64,000 bases of DNA, taken from NCBI GenBank assembly GCA_002269645.1, contig NIVC01000479.1, positions 186,001 through 250,000 of the forward strand. Reading direction: 5' to 3'. This document shows positions 32,001 to 64,000 of the stretch, piece by piece. This DNA is from Macrostomum lignano (Eukaryota). The notes under the pieces are model-generated. The model was not told where the DNA came from and made no database searches. It saw nothing but the letters and a program-made list of their open reading frames with translations. Made by a program: the position numbers and the translations under genes. Position 1 is the first letter of the stretch, and each line of letters opens with the position of its first letter.

Positions 32001-34884
32001 TGCACGTCTCAAGCTCGGGTCATTAAGTCTGCTGGCATCTTGTTGTCGAAGAGGTCCCGAGCTCGATTCCTGGAGTCTAATCTTATTGTGATAGAGGTCC
32101 CGAGCTCGAGTCCTGGAGTCTAATATTATTGTGATAGAGGTCCTGGGCTCGAGTCCTGGAGTCTATCTAATTGTGATAGAGGTCCCGAGCTCGAGTCCTG
32201 GAGTCTAATCTTATTGTAATAGAGGTCCCGAGCTCGAGTCCTGGAGTCTACCTTGTTGTGAAAGAGGTCCTAAGCTCGAGTCCTGGGGTCTAATCTTATT
32301 GTGACAGAGGTCCCGATCTCGAGTCCCACTCTAATGTTTTAAAGATCACAAGCTTGAGTAGAGCAAAAGTTTTTGAGCTCGAGTTCTTCGCTTTAAATTA
32401 AAACAGACAGAAAATTATTAGTTGAATAACAAAAAACGAAAAATGGGGGATAATTAAAATTACTCGAACAATTTTGAGCAGTTTTTTGTACCGAGAATCC
32501 ACTAATTTCAACACGCTCTCCCCTCGCTATATATTATACCGTATGAAAGTGTTCCACTGCTGCGCAAATAAATTGCTTCCTCTCTTGGCCTCTCCAAGGT
32601 AATTATCCCAATTCCCGGCCTGCTAATAATCCCAAGGGAAATGCATGTGAAAAGCAATATATAGAGAGAAGATTTTTCCTAAGCTGGGTTGTGAACGAAT
32701 TAACCAAATTTATTTGTGCTTTTTTCTCTACTTCGAGGCTACACTTTAAAAAAACCATCTGTTCTGCACCCGGACTTTGCAGGCTGCTAATACATGTAGT
32801 CTGTGTTTTCTAAGACAATAACAATAAAACAAAAAATCAGACGTTTCCTCTTCTTCCCGAGTGTGAGGATTAAAATGTCAATGAAACCCTGCCCTTAATT
32901 AGCATAACCCCATAAGATTCAATACAGACCCAAGCTGGATTAGGAAGGAAGTTCAGTCTTACTCGTAAAAAAAATTCATTGCGTGAATCATTCAACAAAA
33001 GCAAGCACGTCGTTTTATTTGACAGTCAATAAGGCTGACTGCAAAATGAGAAATATGCACCCCCCCCCTAAAACCCTTGAAGTCCCTTCATTAACCTTTT
33101 GAGTCCTTAAAGCCCTTCCATAATTATTCAATAGGCTTGTAACCCCCTATGATCCTTCAGTGAGCTTCTACACCTCTATGATCCTTCAGTGAGCTTCTAC
33201 ACCTCTATGATCCTTCAGTGAGCTTCTACACCTCTATGATCCTTCAGTGAGCTTCTACACCTCTATGATCCTTCAGTGAGCTTCTACACCTCTATGATCC
33301 TTCAGTGAGCTTCTACACCTCTATAATCCTTCAGTGAGCTTCTACACCTCTATAATCCTTCAGTGAGCTTCTACACCTCTATGATCCTTCAGTGAGCTTT
33401 TATCCCTTTATGATCCTTCAGAGGGCCTCTACCCCTCTATGATTCTTCAGTGAGCTTCTATCCCTTTATGATCCTTCAGAGGGCCTCTTCCCCTCGGCCT
33501 CTATGATCCTTCAGTGAGCTTCTATCCCTTTATGATCCTTCAGTTCTCCGAAGACTGCAGCGTGCTTCCGAGTCCCACCCTCTATGATCATTGCAGCGTG
33601 CTTCCAACCCTCTTAATAACATCAAAGCATGCTTCCAACCCTCTATGATCCTTTAGCGAGTTGCTGCCATAACAAACATCAAGAAAAGCTTTAAACTTTC
33701 AACAACACATTGAAAATAGCACATAGCTCACCTCGAACGTTAACCACTTGAGTTTTCTTGTCAAAGAAATTCCTACTAATCCAAACGGAGGCGCCAGATT
33801 TGGCGCGAATATAATTAATATTTCGGCCGCGAGTGCCAACCATGGAGCCGCCCAGCTTATTAGGAATCAAGAACTGATGAATAATATCGTTATCATCGCC
33901 CGGAATCGGCGATACGCCTCGGATAACTTTGGATCGGTCTGGAAATTGTTCAACAATACCAGCGTTATTGTCTACAGTCGATAGCAGAGCCTGCTGTTCA
34001 CTCTCCTGCTGCTGCTGACGGGGCGACAGAGACATGGCAACAGCTACGGCGGTAGACGAGGAGTGGCGAGTGCCAGTGGCGGACGAGCGCGGACTGGCCG
34101 CGTCTGCAGCAGTGTCAACGCTGGACGGACGGCCGCTATCGTCTGACGCGTCCTCAAGGCGATGATGAGCAATGGAAGATTGGCAATGACTATTATGATG
34201 ATGAGGCTGCTGGCGACAATAGCGTTGGTTTTTAGCTATCCAGTTGCTGACCCGGTCCTGTCCGGGTTGCTGCTGTTCAACAATATCGGACTGTTCCACA
34301 GTTTCCGGGTCATTTTTGGCGCTACCTGTGTTAACTGTCAAGCTCTCAGTTTTGCTCTCCATCTCAGAAATAGCGGCAGCATTAGCAGCAACTTCTTCAT
34401 TGTTGTTGTTGTTGCTGCTGCTGCTTTTAGTGGCGCAATCGGCTAAAGCCTCGGTTGATGTAGTCATGATAATCTCTGCTTCTAGGGGCTTCAAGATTTC
34501 TTCTGGTTCGATAATTTCTTCGACTATTTCTTCAACTGCGTCGCTGTTGTTGCCTTCTTCTTCTTCTAGATGATGCTCGCACTCGCTGAGGGACTCTTCC
34601 GCAGCCTCAGGTTCGGAGTCTAAGCGATCTGATTTAGAAGTATTCTCTACTACAACTGCCTCCTTGGCAACACAATCAGACAAGAGAGTTTGAAATGTGC
34701 TAATTGAATTCTCAGTCAGTTTAGTAGTTTCGGTGTCACAATCGTCTGGCTTAGGCAAGCAGGACTTCTTATTATTCTGAGTATTATTGCCACGCAGTTT
34801 CAAGTAGATCAATAGGATTATTGCAGATATGGAGACACCGCCAGCTAACAGTGCAGCAGTGGCTGGATTAGCACGAATTGGCAT
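24367..34884 (-). CDS. AKAP1: AKAP1/spoonbill-like KH-Tudor protein with N-terminal signal anchor, ~640 aa
   Basis: Exons 34884-33732, 31926-31799, 27664-27336, 24679-24367 are phase-consistent. N-terminal hydrophobic helix (AALLAGGVSISAIILLIYLKLR), KH with GTRG loop, QQPTHPSFHHL, Tudor WHRA..YLDWGGY, C-terminal LVRDGLAQW; order and motifs match AKAP1. Confidence 0.9.
24769..25013. repeat. 27-bp minisatellite (CTAGCTTCCCTAGCAACTGTCCACCCA)
   Basis: About 9 units. Confidence 0.96.
25345..26095. repeat. (CTAA)n microsatellite
   Basis: Long tetranucleotide run. Confidence 0.99.
26845..27298. repeat. CTTCCCTAGCAAC-core minisatellite, same family as 24769-25013
   Basis: Degenerate 26-28-bp units. 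Confidence 0.93.
27336..27664 (-). CDS. AKAP1: AKAP1-like exon 3 (extended Tudor)
   Basis: CTCCAG acceptor, GTGAGT donor, phase 0/2. Confidence 0.92.
29872..30225. repeat. 22-bp minisatellite (AAGCTAAGAAGCTAAGGAGGCC)
   Basis: Tandem units. Confidence 0.96.
31799..31926 (-). CDS. AKAP1: AKAP1-like exon 2 (KH end: GPAECVKAALQVIKKRFPEL)
   Basis: CCGCAG acceptor, GTGAGT donor, phase 1/0; not in the ORF track. Confidence 0.9.
32055..32325. repeat. 43-bp minisatellite (GAGGTCCCGAGCTCGAGTCCTGGAGTCTAATCTTATTGTGATA)
   Basis: About 6 units. Confidence 0.93.
33145..33650. repeat. 29-bp minisatellite (CTATGATCCTTCAGTGAGCTTCTACACCT)
   Basis: Tandem units decaying to the right. Confidence 0.95.
33732..34884 (-). 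CDS. AKAP1: AKAP1-like coding exon 1 (anchor, acidic/low-complexity region, KH start)
   Basis: ATG at 34884 in ORF 33691..34923; GTGAGC donor, phase 1. Confidence 0.88.
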
Positions 34885-37800
34885 AATACCAATAAAGCCT
34901 AAAATTTTGTTGGGAAAGTACACAATTAGTTAAATATTGTAGCCTGGTACTTGGAGTACAGGTAGAACAAGACCTTAATCCTGATTCTGATTCTAAAGTC
35001 TTATTTAATCCCAAAAATTAATCAGGTATAACCTTCACATATGTTTATCTATATATCCAAACTCTTCCTGAAAGCAAACAAATTTCTCCCATTGCATTAT
35101 TGTATAACCATTTAGAACATCTTATACTAGTCTTAAGTCATTAATGATTAAAAATAATTTCTATGTTTTGACTTCTATTACCAAGACCTTAGTTGGTTTT
35201 AAATTTATTTTTTAATTGTTATTATATATTGAATTTTGTTTAAATTAAAAAACAAAAACAATACAGTTGTAACATTTAAAAAATATTAATAAATTCCAAA
35301 ACATTGATTGAAGGTGTCTGCTACAATTGGTATTCTAATTTTGGCTAGGATCTAGGACTTTTATAATTAAGATGCTAATCTATGAGCTAGTTCTACTTTT
35401 AAGCTTTATAAAATGTTATAAGTTGACAAAGTTTAACCTTTTTATTCCCTATTTGCATAATTGAGTTATTTTGGCATCATACTATATAGGAAATTAACTA
35501 TATTATTTAGGATTTATTTATAGCTTTAGACTAGACTTAGATACCTAAAATTTAGAGAACAAAATGTAAATCTTCTAATGTTACTTATATGGCTTAGGCT
35601 TTATATATTGGCATTTTTTTTATTCTAAAAGACCTACAAAAGATTGCCTATGAATTGCAAATGTTTTAGATTATTATTAAAGATAATCTATAAGTATATA
35701 TAATCATTATAAACTTTATAATAAACCTTTATAATAAACAATATAGTGTTGTTAGTATTAAAAAACATTCAAATATGCAATGAAAAATATTTTTTTAAAT
35801 GCTAGAAAAAAATATATAAAATAAATTATATTTTTATAAACTCATTCTAATTCATTTGATCAAAATTTAGTGCCAAATAATTTAATGCAGAAAACTAGGA
35901 TATTGCCAATATTTAATAATGCCAAGCTTAATGCTAAATATAAAAAATTGCAAAAAGTAATTCTAAAAATTTTTAACTAAAGTTTCAAATAAAAATTTGG
36001 TACCAGCAGACAAAATTGTGATACTGCCTATCTTTTATATTATAAAGCAAAAGTCATAATGCCAATATTAAAAAAATAAAGCTAGGCTTATCATACTAGT
36101 TTTAAAATTATATGGGATGTCCAAAATTTTAGTATAAATTTGGGTTAGAAATAGTAGGCCTAATAAAGACTATCATATGATTGATATGATATTTCTATTA
36201 TAGTCCAGAGTTATAGACAGTGCAATATATAAGATAAAACAAAAATATTGCAAAATAGGAAAATTTACATGTTATAAATTAGCAAAAATGGCTTGGCAGT
36301 GCTTATTCCCATAGTCTTATGCTAATAATGGTTTGCTTATTTGTATAATTTAGCTAAATTATAATACTCAGTATTGAACTTAGTATGATGTACTATACTA
36401 AGATAATCTAAGGAATGATGTACTCAGAGAAAAAAAATTGAATATTTATATACTATAAATGTCTAAGAATATTTTTTGCTATGCAAATAAATAAGGCATT
36501 ATTGGCATGGCACCATATGGATAATTTTGTCTTAATTGGCAAAGGACTATAGAAATAAGCATTGTCCTTCTGTCTATGCATTACCCCTTTTGCAAAAATG
36601 ACTAATAATATCTAAATTAGAGTCTAACTGAGATCTCAATCTCAATCTCAAAATTTTGAGATATAGCCTTTTTATGTCATTTCAAAAAATTCTCCAAATT
36701 TCAAGAATAGACTTGGAATTTGTAAATAGTCTAGCAAGATTGAATTTAAAACAGAAGGTAAAAAAATATTAAAAAGATGTGATGCTATATTGAGAATATC
36801 CTTAGCTTGATCAACTAATAAAACAAGCCAATGTACATAAACTCCAACATAGTCTATAAGCCCTTGGTAGTGACACCTTTGAGCTCTAGGCAAGTGGCTC
36901 CAGCTTTGCCTTTGCACATGCCTAAACTAAATATGGCCTTGAAATAGTTGCTGCTAGCCATTAGCATATTTTTATATATGGGAAACTAGACTTCACTAGC
37001 ATTAAGAGTTAGGTTGCAGTAGTTCAATTAAAGCCAAAGTAGGGTAAACTAAGATAGCAGCTTAAGCTTGGCTGGATAGTCAATGGCCAGCACTATGTGA
37101 CTTTCTTGGCTAGCTTTGAAACATTTTTTGACAATGTGGCTATTGATATAGTTGCCAATATTAATATTCCACCAGTGCTTTATATCTTCCTAGTTTTAGG
37201 CCAACACTTTTTGTGGGATCCTAAGCCACCAAAAACTAGAGACTGTTGCTGCTAGTTCAATAGAAACTATGGCTGCTAAGTAATGAGTATAATATAATAT
37301 AAGATGATAGAAAACATGCTTATTTTGATAGGTAAAGTTTTATATAATTTATCATAAATACCATTGTTCCTATTAGTATTCTACTGCCGCACCTTTGTAT
37401 CTCTGTAGCCAAAGCCATATTGAATTTAACTATGATATTTCCATAGCCACAATTTATATTTTAGATGTCAATTTTCTGTATTCCAAATTTTCCCATAGCC
37501 AAATTATAAATAAACAAAAACCTTTGATTTCCAAAGGCAAAAAAGCAAAAACATGAAGCCAAAGCAACTTTATAAAATCAAGTGAAACACAATAACTCTT
37601 TCAAATTTAGTGATTTGTTTAGTTTGGTACAATAAATATATATACATTTAGCATTTTATCTGAGATAGCCAATAATGTATATATTTATTTAGGAAAGAAT
37701 ATAAAAATTTAAATATAAATAACTAAAGAAAACTTTTTATGAAAAAACTTTTTTATTTATATTGTTATAAGAAATTATGTATAGTGCTTTATAATCTATA

Positions 37801-39473
37801 ACCATAGGCATAGTTGCCAATTGGCAAGATCTCTATAGCCACAATCTGTAACCAAATTTTGTTTTTAAAATAGTACAACTCCAAATTTTCCAAATTAGCT
37901 ATAATTAATAATTATAATATGCTAAAACACTACTTCTTATACAAATTTACAATTGTAGCCTATTTCCCAATTTTTGATTGATTTATACTTGATAGGCCTA
38001 TTGCTTTTTTAATAAAATTCTAGCTTAATTAATCTTTCTTGAAAACAAAAATTTTATCTTGGTCAGACCTTAACTCATAGAAATTCTATAGTCCAGATCA
38101 TGCTAAAGTAGATGTAATATGTGCATACCCAAACAAAAAATGAATAATTACAAATGCATGCCAAAAAATTGGATGCATGCCCATTTTTAAAACTATGCTT
38201 AGGGACTTCAGTGAGTTATAAGAAGTGCGTGCCAATGGCAAAAAAGTAAGAAAAAAGTCCAATTTTTCAAGGGCGATTTTAAAGAAACTATAGAAGCCAG
38301 GATAAAAGTAAAATATGCATTTAAAAGGTAAAAAGGAGCTCTTTCAAATGACACCAACTGCAAGTCTAGCTTTGTTATACTTTTTGCACTGTCTATTTTT
38401 AAAGTTGACCATTTTTTAGGAGGAATATAAAATTGAAGCCAAAATGAATAAAAAAACAGTGGTTCAGAAAATGCTTTTTCTTAGCTGCAATGTGTTTCTT
38501 ATAATGGAAACAAAGGTTTTATAGTGTAAAGGGATAATTTAGAAACATTTTTCTGGTGTTAAAAATTTTTTTTTCTTTTAATGCCTATATGGCTCTATGC
38601 AAAATTTCAAATCCAAAATTTTCCATGAAATCCTTTTCCTGCATTGTTTCTCTTTATATTTTTCATTACCTATTGACAATACAAGCACAGTAAAAAAAAC
38701 CGCTTGCCAATAGCTATAGGCGCAAAAATTTTGTGGAGGTTTCTTTTTTGATACGTTTACATGTAAAATACCCATTGAAACGTGTATTTCGTGTTTTTTG
38801 TGAGACTCTGCCTTCCGGCAAACTAGTTCTCTGTGTCATTTAACTAATTCTGCTATGCTGAACACGATAGACAAAACCGTTTTTTAATAAACCCATGCGC
38901 AAAGCCTGTACAGCACATTACATTGCAGTTGGGGTGTCTGTCATGCATTAAAAATTTAGGGCAAGAAGTAGAATAGTATTATAGTAGGTAAAAACCTGAA
39001 CAAAATGACACTAGCCTTGTATAAATTAAGCAAGCAGAACAGATGCTATTGTATTTTTAAAATTGCAATCATTGCGTATCTGGTTAAAATAGTCAAAATT
39101 TCATACACCCATCCTGTTTCAATTAGCTTAGCAACTTGGGCATATAAAATAATATTAAAATATATAATTCATACAATTAACACTAAAAAACTGAACAAAA
39201 TGACACCAAGCACAGTCATTTTGGTTGGCTAGAAAATTAATTACGTGTTCAAAGACAAAAAGCCAACTTTTTGGCCAAAAATGATCACAAACCGTAATGT
39301 AAAAATTCCATTGGCTAAAGGCACAAATCGGGGTTACTAAAATAGCTGTAGTTTCCTTATTACTCAACCAAATCACTAAAGTTTGGCCATTTTGGAAATG
39401 GGAAAGTAAGATCTATCTAGTGAAATAGCAGCCTATAACAATTTCTGAAATTTAATTTTCTCACTGAAGTGCC

Positions 39474-40642
39474 CAGTGTTGGGCACTTCCGTTACCGAGT
39501 AACTTGTAAATGGTAACGCAAGTTACTTTTTCGTAAAGCGTTCCTTACGCAAGTTACTTTCCTATTTTGGTAACGGAGTAACGGTAAGTTACTCAAATTT
39601 CGGAAGTCCGTTACAGTTACTTTGCAACAATCGCAATATTTAAATTTAAAACTGATATGCTTAGCTATTACGCCAGTTGTCACATTTTTAGCATTTTTCA
39701 TTCTTAAATTCAAAACTAAGTGAATAATATCATACAGTATTACGCTGTAATTAATAAAGAAATACTTGAAACATGTTTTTACTTTGTTATTTTCGGTAAA
39801 ATATTTTTGCTTTTCGATTTTAAGTTAATAAAAATATTTTGTTTAGTTCTTAGAAACAAACAACCAAAGAAAGAAATTCATCTGTAGTCTCCACAAATCC
39901 ACTCAGTGATCGACGTAGCCAGGAATTTTAATTGGGGGGGGGTTGGCCTGGCTGGCCATGCCTCATGCACCCGCCACGCCCAACCCCACCCCCCCCTGGT
40001 GGGGTGTCTTGCAGGTGGGGTGAAGTTGCCGCCCCAACGATTGTTAAGGCGGCCTCCCTGGCTACACCACTAAAGTCCACTGGCACTGCACTGCACTGCA
40101 CAATAATTTAATATTAATGAATTGAAAAATAATTGAAAAAATTGAAAAAAATTTCAAATAATTGAAAATAAAAAGACTAGTAAAGCAGACTGTAGAGTGG
40201 AGTAAAGCCAGGTACTTATTACGAGCGATGTATTATCAAGGACAACTGAAGTTACGTTAAGTTGTCCTTGTGTATTATAACTTATAATGTTATTAAAAAT
40301 TAAATTGCGTTTTGCCTTTAACGTTTCTGACCTTCAGCTTCTCTTCTTTTTACGGAAAGGGCCTAAAGTGATTAAAATTTAATACAGTTACTGAAATTAA
40401 TTTTGTTGTATTTTTCCTTCTGGCTTTCGCGATCATTTGTGCTGTTCCAGCACATTTGCAATGTTAAAAAAGCAGAAAATTTTGTTTATAACATAGGTAA
40501 CGGAAGTAAGTAACGGAAGTAACTTAAAAGTTACCGGGTTTTTGTTCAAAGTTACTAGGCTAACGTAAGTTACTTTTTAAAAAGTGGTAACTTAAGTTAC
40601 AGTAACGCAAGTTACTTTTTTTGAGTAACTTGCCCAACACTG
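39474..40642. mobile_element. Non-autonomous hAT-type DNA transposon
   Basis: 12-bp TIR CAGTGTTGGGCA/TGCCCAACACTG; exact 8-bp TSD GAAGTGCC (39466-39473, 40643-40650); dense GTAAC/GTTAC subterminal repeats. Confidence 0.9.
39904..40072. mobile_element. Small GC-rich MITE nested in the hAT element
   Basis: Degenerate TIRs CAGTG..CGTAGCCAGG / CCTGGCTACACCACT; flanks AAATCCACT vs AAGTCCACT (1 mismatch). Confidence 0.6.
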
Positions 40643-41295
40643 GAAGTGCCTACTATGCTGGTATTGCAACAATAAAATATTTTTTTCAAGTTGCACAATG
40701 TAAGCTTAGCCTAGGCCTACCCTTTTTAACAGATGTTGGTTGATTTTAATGCTTTTCAGTAAAATTGTATAGGCCTACTACATGATCCAGACTCCAGAGT
40801 GTGGTAGAGATTAGATGAGACCTCAATCTTACAATTGATGTTCAAGATTTTGATTTGACTTTTTATTGAATCTTAATTTTAAAAGTGCTAAGAATCCAAG
40901 ATATATAATAAAAGCCATAGGTTAAAATCAATCTTCTGAATATAGCATAGGCCTAGATAACTTTATATTTACTTCACTGTAGTGTAGAGTCTAGACAGAT
41001 AGTAAAGTATTCTATTTCTATACCTATATATAGATAGGACTACGCCTACCACAGTTCAAGTGTTATGTTAAAGCTGCATGATTAATCAATAAATCGTGTA
41101 CCCTATCCTGTTACATTACATAGCATATCATACAGTATAGCCTAGACGAGGTATATCGTGTTTGTGAAGATACTATACACAATCACACTTACATGATATG
41201 GGAAGTCTGAAATTTCGTGTTAGAATAGATGGTCCAAGTCAAGATAAGAAAATCAGCATAAAATTTTGAAAAGCAAAGCAAGGTGATTGACTTAC

Positions 41296-41360
41296 CAGAG
41301 AGAAATATATACTGAGATTGAGAAGAAGAAAACACCAACTCACACAGACCAATCAGACAA
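41296..41360 (-). other. Candidate non-coding first exon of the AKAP1-like gene
   Basis: G|GTAAG donor on the minus strand at 41295-41291, CT-rich leader, CCAAT motif at ~41349; no transcript evidence. Confidence 0.25.
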
Positions 41361-42482
41361 GTCTAGATAACGTTCTTGGGCCTTGTCCAATAAGAATTGT
41401 TGCTTTGTATCATTTCAAAATTTTATTTTGTTCTGGTTATATCAAAATACGTGCCTAAGTTTTTTCCAGTATAGTGTTAAAATGTAATTTTATGCTTAAA
41501 AAAAGTTTTTAACAAATATTACGCAAAAAAGTTTTTATCTAGTTTTAATCAGTCATAAAAAATATGTTGTTAAGCGTAGCAGCGCATTTCAAGTAGGAAC
41601 ATTTGTTAAAATTTTCCTAGAAAATGGAAGAAAAGCTTAGTTGCGTGTCTAGATGGTCATATTTATTCAACACTCAGAATTACAGAAATTCTTTTTGTTG
41701 AGAAACCGTTTGTACATCAAACTCTTTTATATCTATAACACGATCAGTCTTTTGATTTAATTTAACTTACATTTAGTTCTTACTATACAAATGCAAAAGA
41801 TGATCCTCAGAAATTGATGAGCCATGACTGGTGCGGAATGCTTTAACATCAACGCGAAACGCTCTATATTAAATAGTTTATTTATTATGAAATATCATTT
41901 TATAAAGAAGTATTATTTCGGCTTCTATATTCTAAATTTTATAGTGCAACATATACTGCAATGGACTCATTCCTAACTTTTAATGAAAACAGATCATCGG
42001 ATATAGCTGACAATGGTTACTTTGAAATTGGTATTTTATACAAATTACATTCCATTACCCATTAAGAAAGGTCTTAAAGGACTGAAGGGACTGCAGCAAG
42101 CAAATTTCTTAATATATCTAAAATATTTTGGGCTGAAAACTAACTTATTTAATATCAATTACATAGCGACATTTATATTAATTACGATCTGGGTATAGCC
42201 GCAGTATCTGAAAGGTATTGAAAAGAAATGCATTTTGAAAACGGCAACGCTTTCGCTTACTGTTAAATTTTATTACTTATTAATAATTTGTTTCTGTTTT
42301 CTTCTTAATAGTTCTCTATATGTCTTAGTAGTTATTGCGCAGATTATTTGTAAAGAATCGGGATGCGGAACTTTTAGGAGTACTTTGCAACTTCCTAAGA
42401 AATTCAAGCCAGCAAATTTTTAATTACGAGTTTGTTATTAGAATTTTCTCGCTGAAAATATTTCAGATAAATCGAAACAAAA

Positions 42483-62580
<20,098 letters not shown>

Positions 62581-62894
62581 TGAAGCTGAAATACAACTGT
62601 GTTACTATTTTGATTCATTTATCAAGCATGTAAGATGCTGCAAGTGTGTAGTTGCTATGCTTAATTAAGAGCGCTAACTTTTTCTAACACTTAACAAAAA
62701 TCTTTTTTTGAAATTCCGTCCTCTAAAGTCTTGTTTGAATGCCCCTCGACCGTTAGTTCTTTGAAAAAAAATTCCATATAAAAATGCTATTTGAGTGATT
62801 TTTTTAGAATCCCGATTTTAGATACAAAACTATCATTCAGCTTTGAAGACTTTTTAACTTTATTCAATGGCGTCAGCGTCTGTGTGGGCCTTTT

Positions 62895-64000
62895 GGCTTC
62901 AAACCTGATTGCAATTGGAGTTTGTGGAGTCAAACCTGATTGCAATTGGAGTTTGTGGAGTCAAATCTGATTGCAATTGGAGTTTGTGGAGTCAAATCTG
63001 ATTGCAATTGGAGTCTGTGGAGTCAAATCTGATTGCAATTGGAGTTTGTGGAGTCAAATCTGATTGCAATTGGAGTCTGTGGAGTCAAATCTGATTGCAA
63101 TTGGAGTTTGTGGAGTCAAATCTGATTGCAATTGGAGTCTGTGGAGTCAAATCTGATTGCAATTGGAGTTTGTGGAGTCAAATCTGATTGCAATTGGAGT
63201 TTGTGGAGTCAAATCTGATTGCAATTGGAGTTTGTGGAGTCAAATCTGATTGCAATTGGAGTTTGTGGAGTCAAATCTGATTGCAATTGGAGTTTGTGGA
63301 GTCAAATCTGATTGCAATTGGAGTTTGTGGAGTCAAATCTGATTGCAATTGGAGTTTGTGGAGTCAAATCTGATTGCAATTGGAGTTTGTGGAGTCAAAT
63401 CTGATTGCAATTGGAGTTTGTGGAGTCAAATCTGATTGCAATTGGAGTTTGTGGAGTCAAATCTGATTGTAATTGGAGTTTGTGGAGTCAAATCTGATTG
63501 CAATTGGAGTTTGTGGAGCCAAATCTGATTGTAATTGGAGTTTGTGGAGTCAAATCTGATTGCAATTGGAGTTTGTGGAGTCAAATCTGATTGCAATTGG
63601 AGTTTGTGGAGTCAAATCTGATTGCAATTGGAGTTTGTGGAGTCAAATCTGATTGCAATTGGAGTTTGTGGAGTCAAATCTGATTGCAATTGGAGTTTGT
63701 GGAGTCAAATCTGATTGCAATTGGAGTTTGTGGAGTCAAATCTGATTGCAATTGGAGTTTGTGGAGTCAAATCTGATTGCAATTGGAGTTTGTGGAGTCA
63801 AATCTGATTGCAATTGGAGTTTGTGGAGTCAAATCTGATTGCAATTGGAGTTTGTGGAGTCAAATCTGATTGCAATTGGAGTTTGTGGAGTCAAATCTGA
63901 TTGCAATTGGAGTTTGTGGAGTCAAATCTGATTGCAATTGGAGTTTGTGGAGTCAAATCTGATTGCAATTGGAGTTTGTGGAGTCAAATCTGATTGCAAT
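62895..64000. repeat. 31-bp satellite (GTCAAATCTGATTGCAATTGGAGTTTGTGGA), runs off the window
   Basis: Near-identical head-to-tail units with no spacers. Confidence 0.98.

Noticed and set aside
32055-32325. 43-bp repeat with a palindromic core resembling a CRISPR repeat plus spacer
   Set aside because: The variable parts are point variants of one unit, not unique spacers
36672-36917. 81-aa ORF in the CpG desert
   Set aside because: No recognisable domain or splice support; would need a translated search
42200-42482. Proximal X-box expected for a ciliary gene
   Set aside because: Only a lone GGCAAC half-site (~42244) was found
62895-64000. 31-bp repeat of CRISPR-like length
   Set aside because: Units are head-to-tail with no unique spacers, in a eukaryotic context with no cas genes

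Overview
This is eukaryotic, spliceosomal-intron-rich animal DNA with three multi-exon genes, rebuilt by hand from GT-AG sites with matching intron phases. (1) A vinculin-family gene on the minus strand, ATG at 20003, with 13 coding exons traced to 2212; the last tail helix was not found and probably lies beyond the left edge. (2) A complete AKAP1/spoonbill-like signal-anchor + KH + Tudor gene on the minus strand, 34884-24367, 4 exons, about 640 aa. (3) A complete DLEC1/CFAP81 ciliary gene on the plus strand, 42483-62580, 15 exons, about 1754 aa, head-to-head with gene 2. Nearly every intron over ~150 bp carries its own micro- or minisatellite, and these arrays produce most of the long ORFs in the supplied track; the intergenic stretches carry none. 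GC-rich exons with minisatellite-filled introns resemble the flatworm Macrostomum (inference only). Non-autonomous elements with visible termini are a 9-bp-TSD MITE, an 8-bp-TSD hAT element with a nested MITE, a tRNA-derived SINE and a foldback hairpin. The best leads are natural loss of the vinculin autoinhibition and lipid-binding basic residues, RFX X-box-like arrays near a ciliary gene, intron-restricted satellite expansion, and a ~3.3-kb CpG desert. No prokaryotic features, CRISPR array, rRNA or bona fide tRNA were seen.
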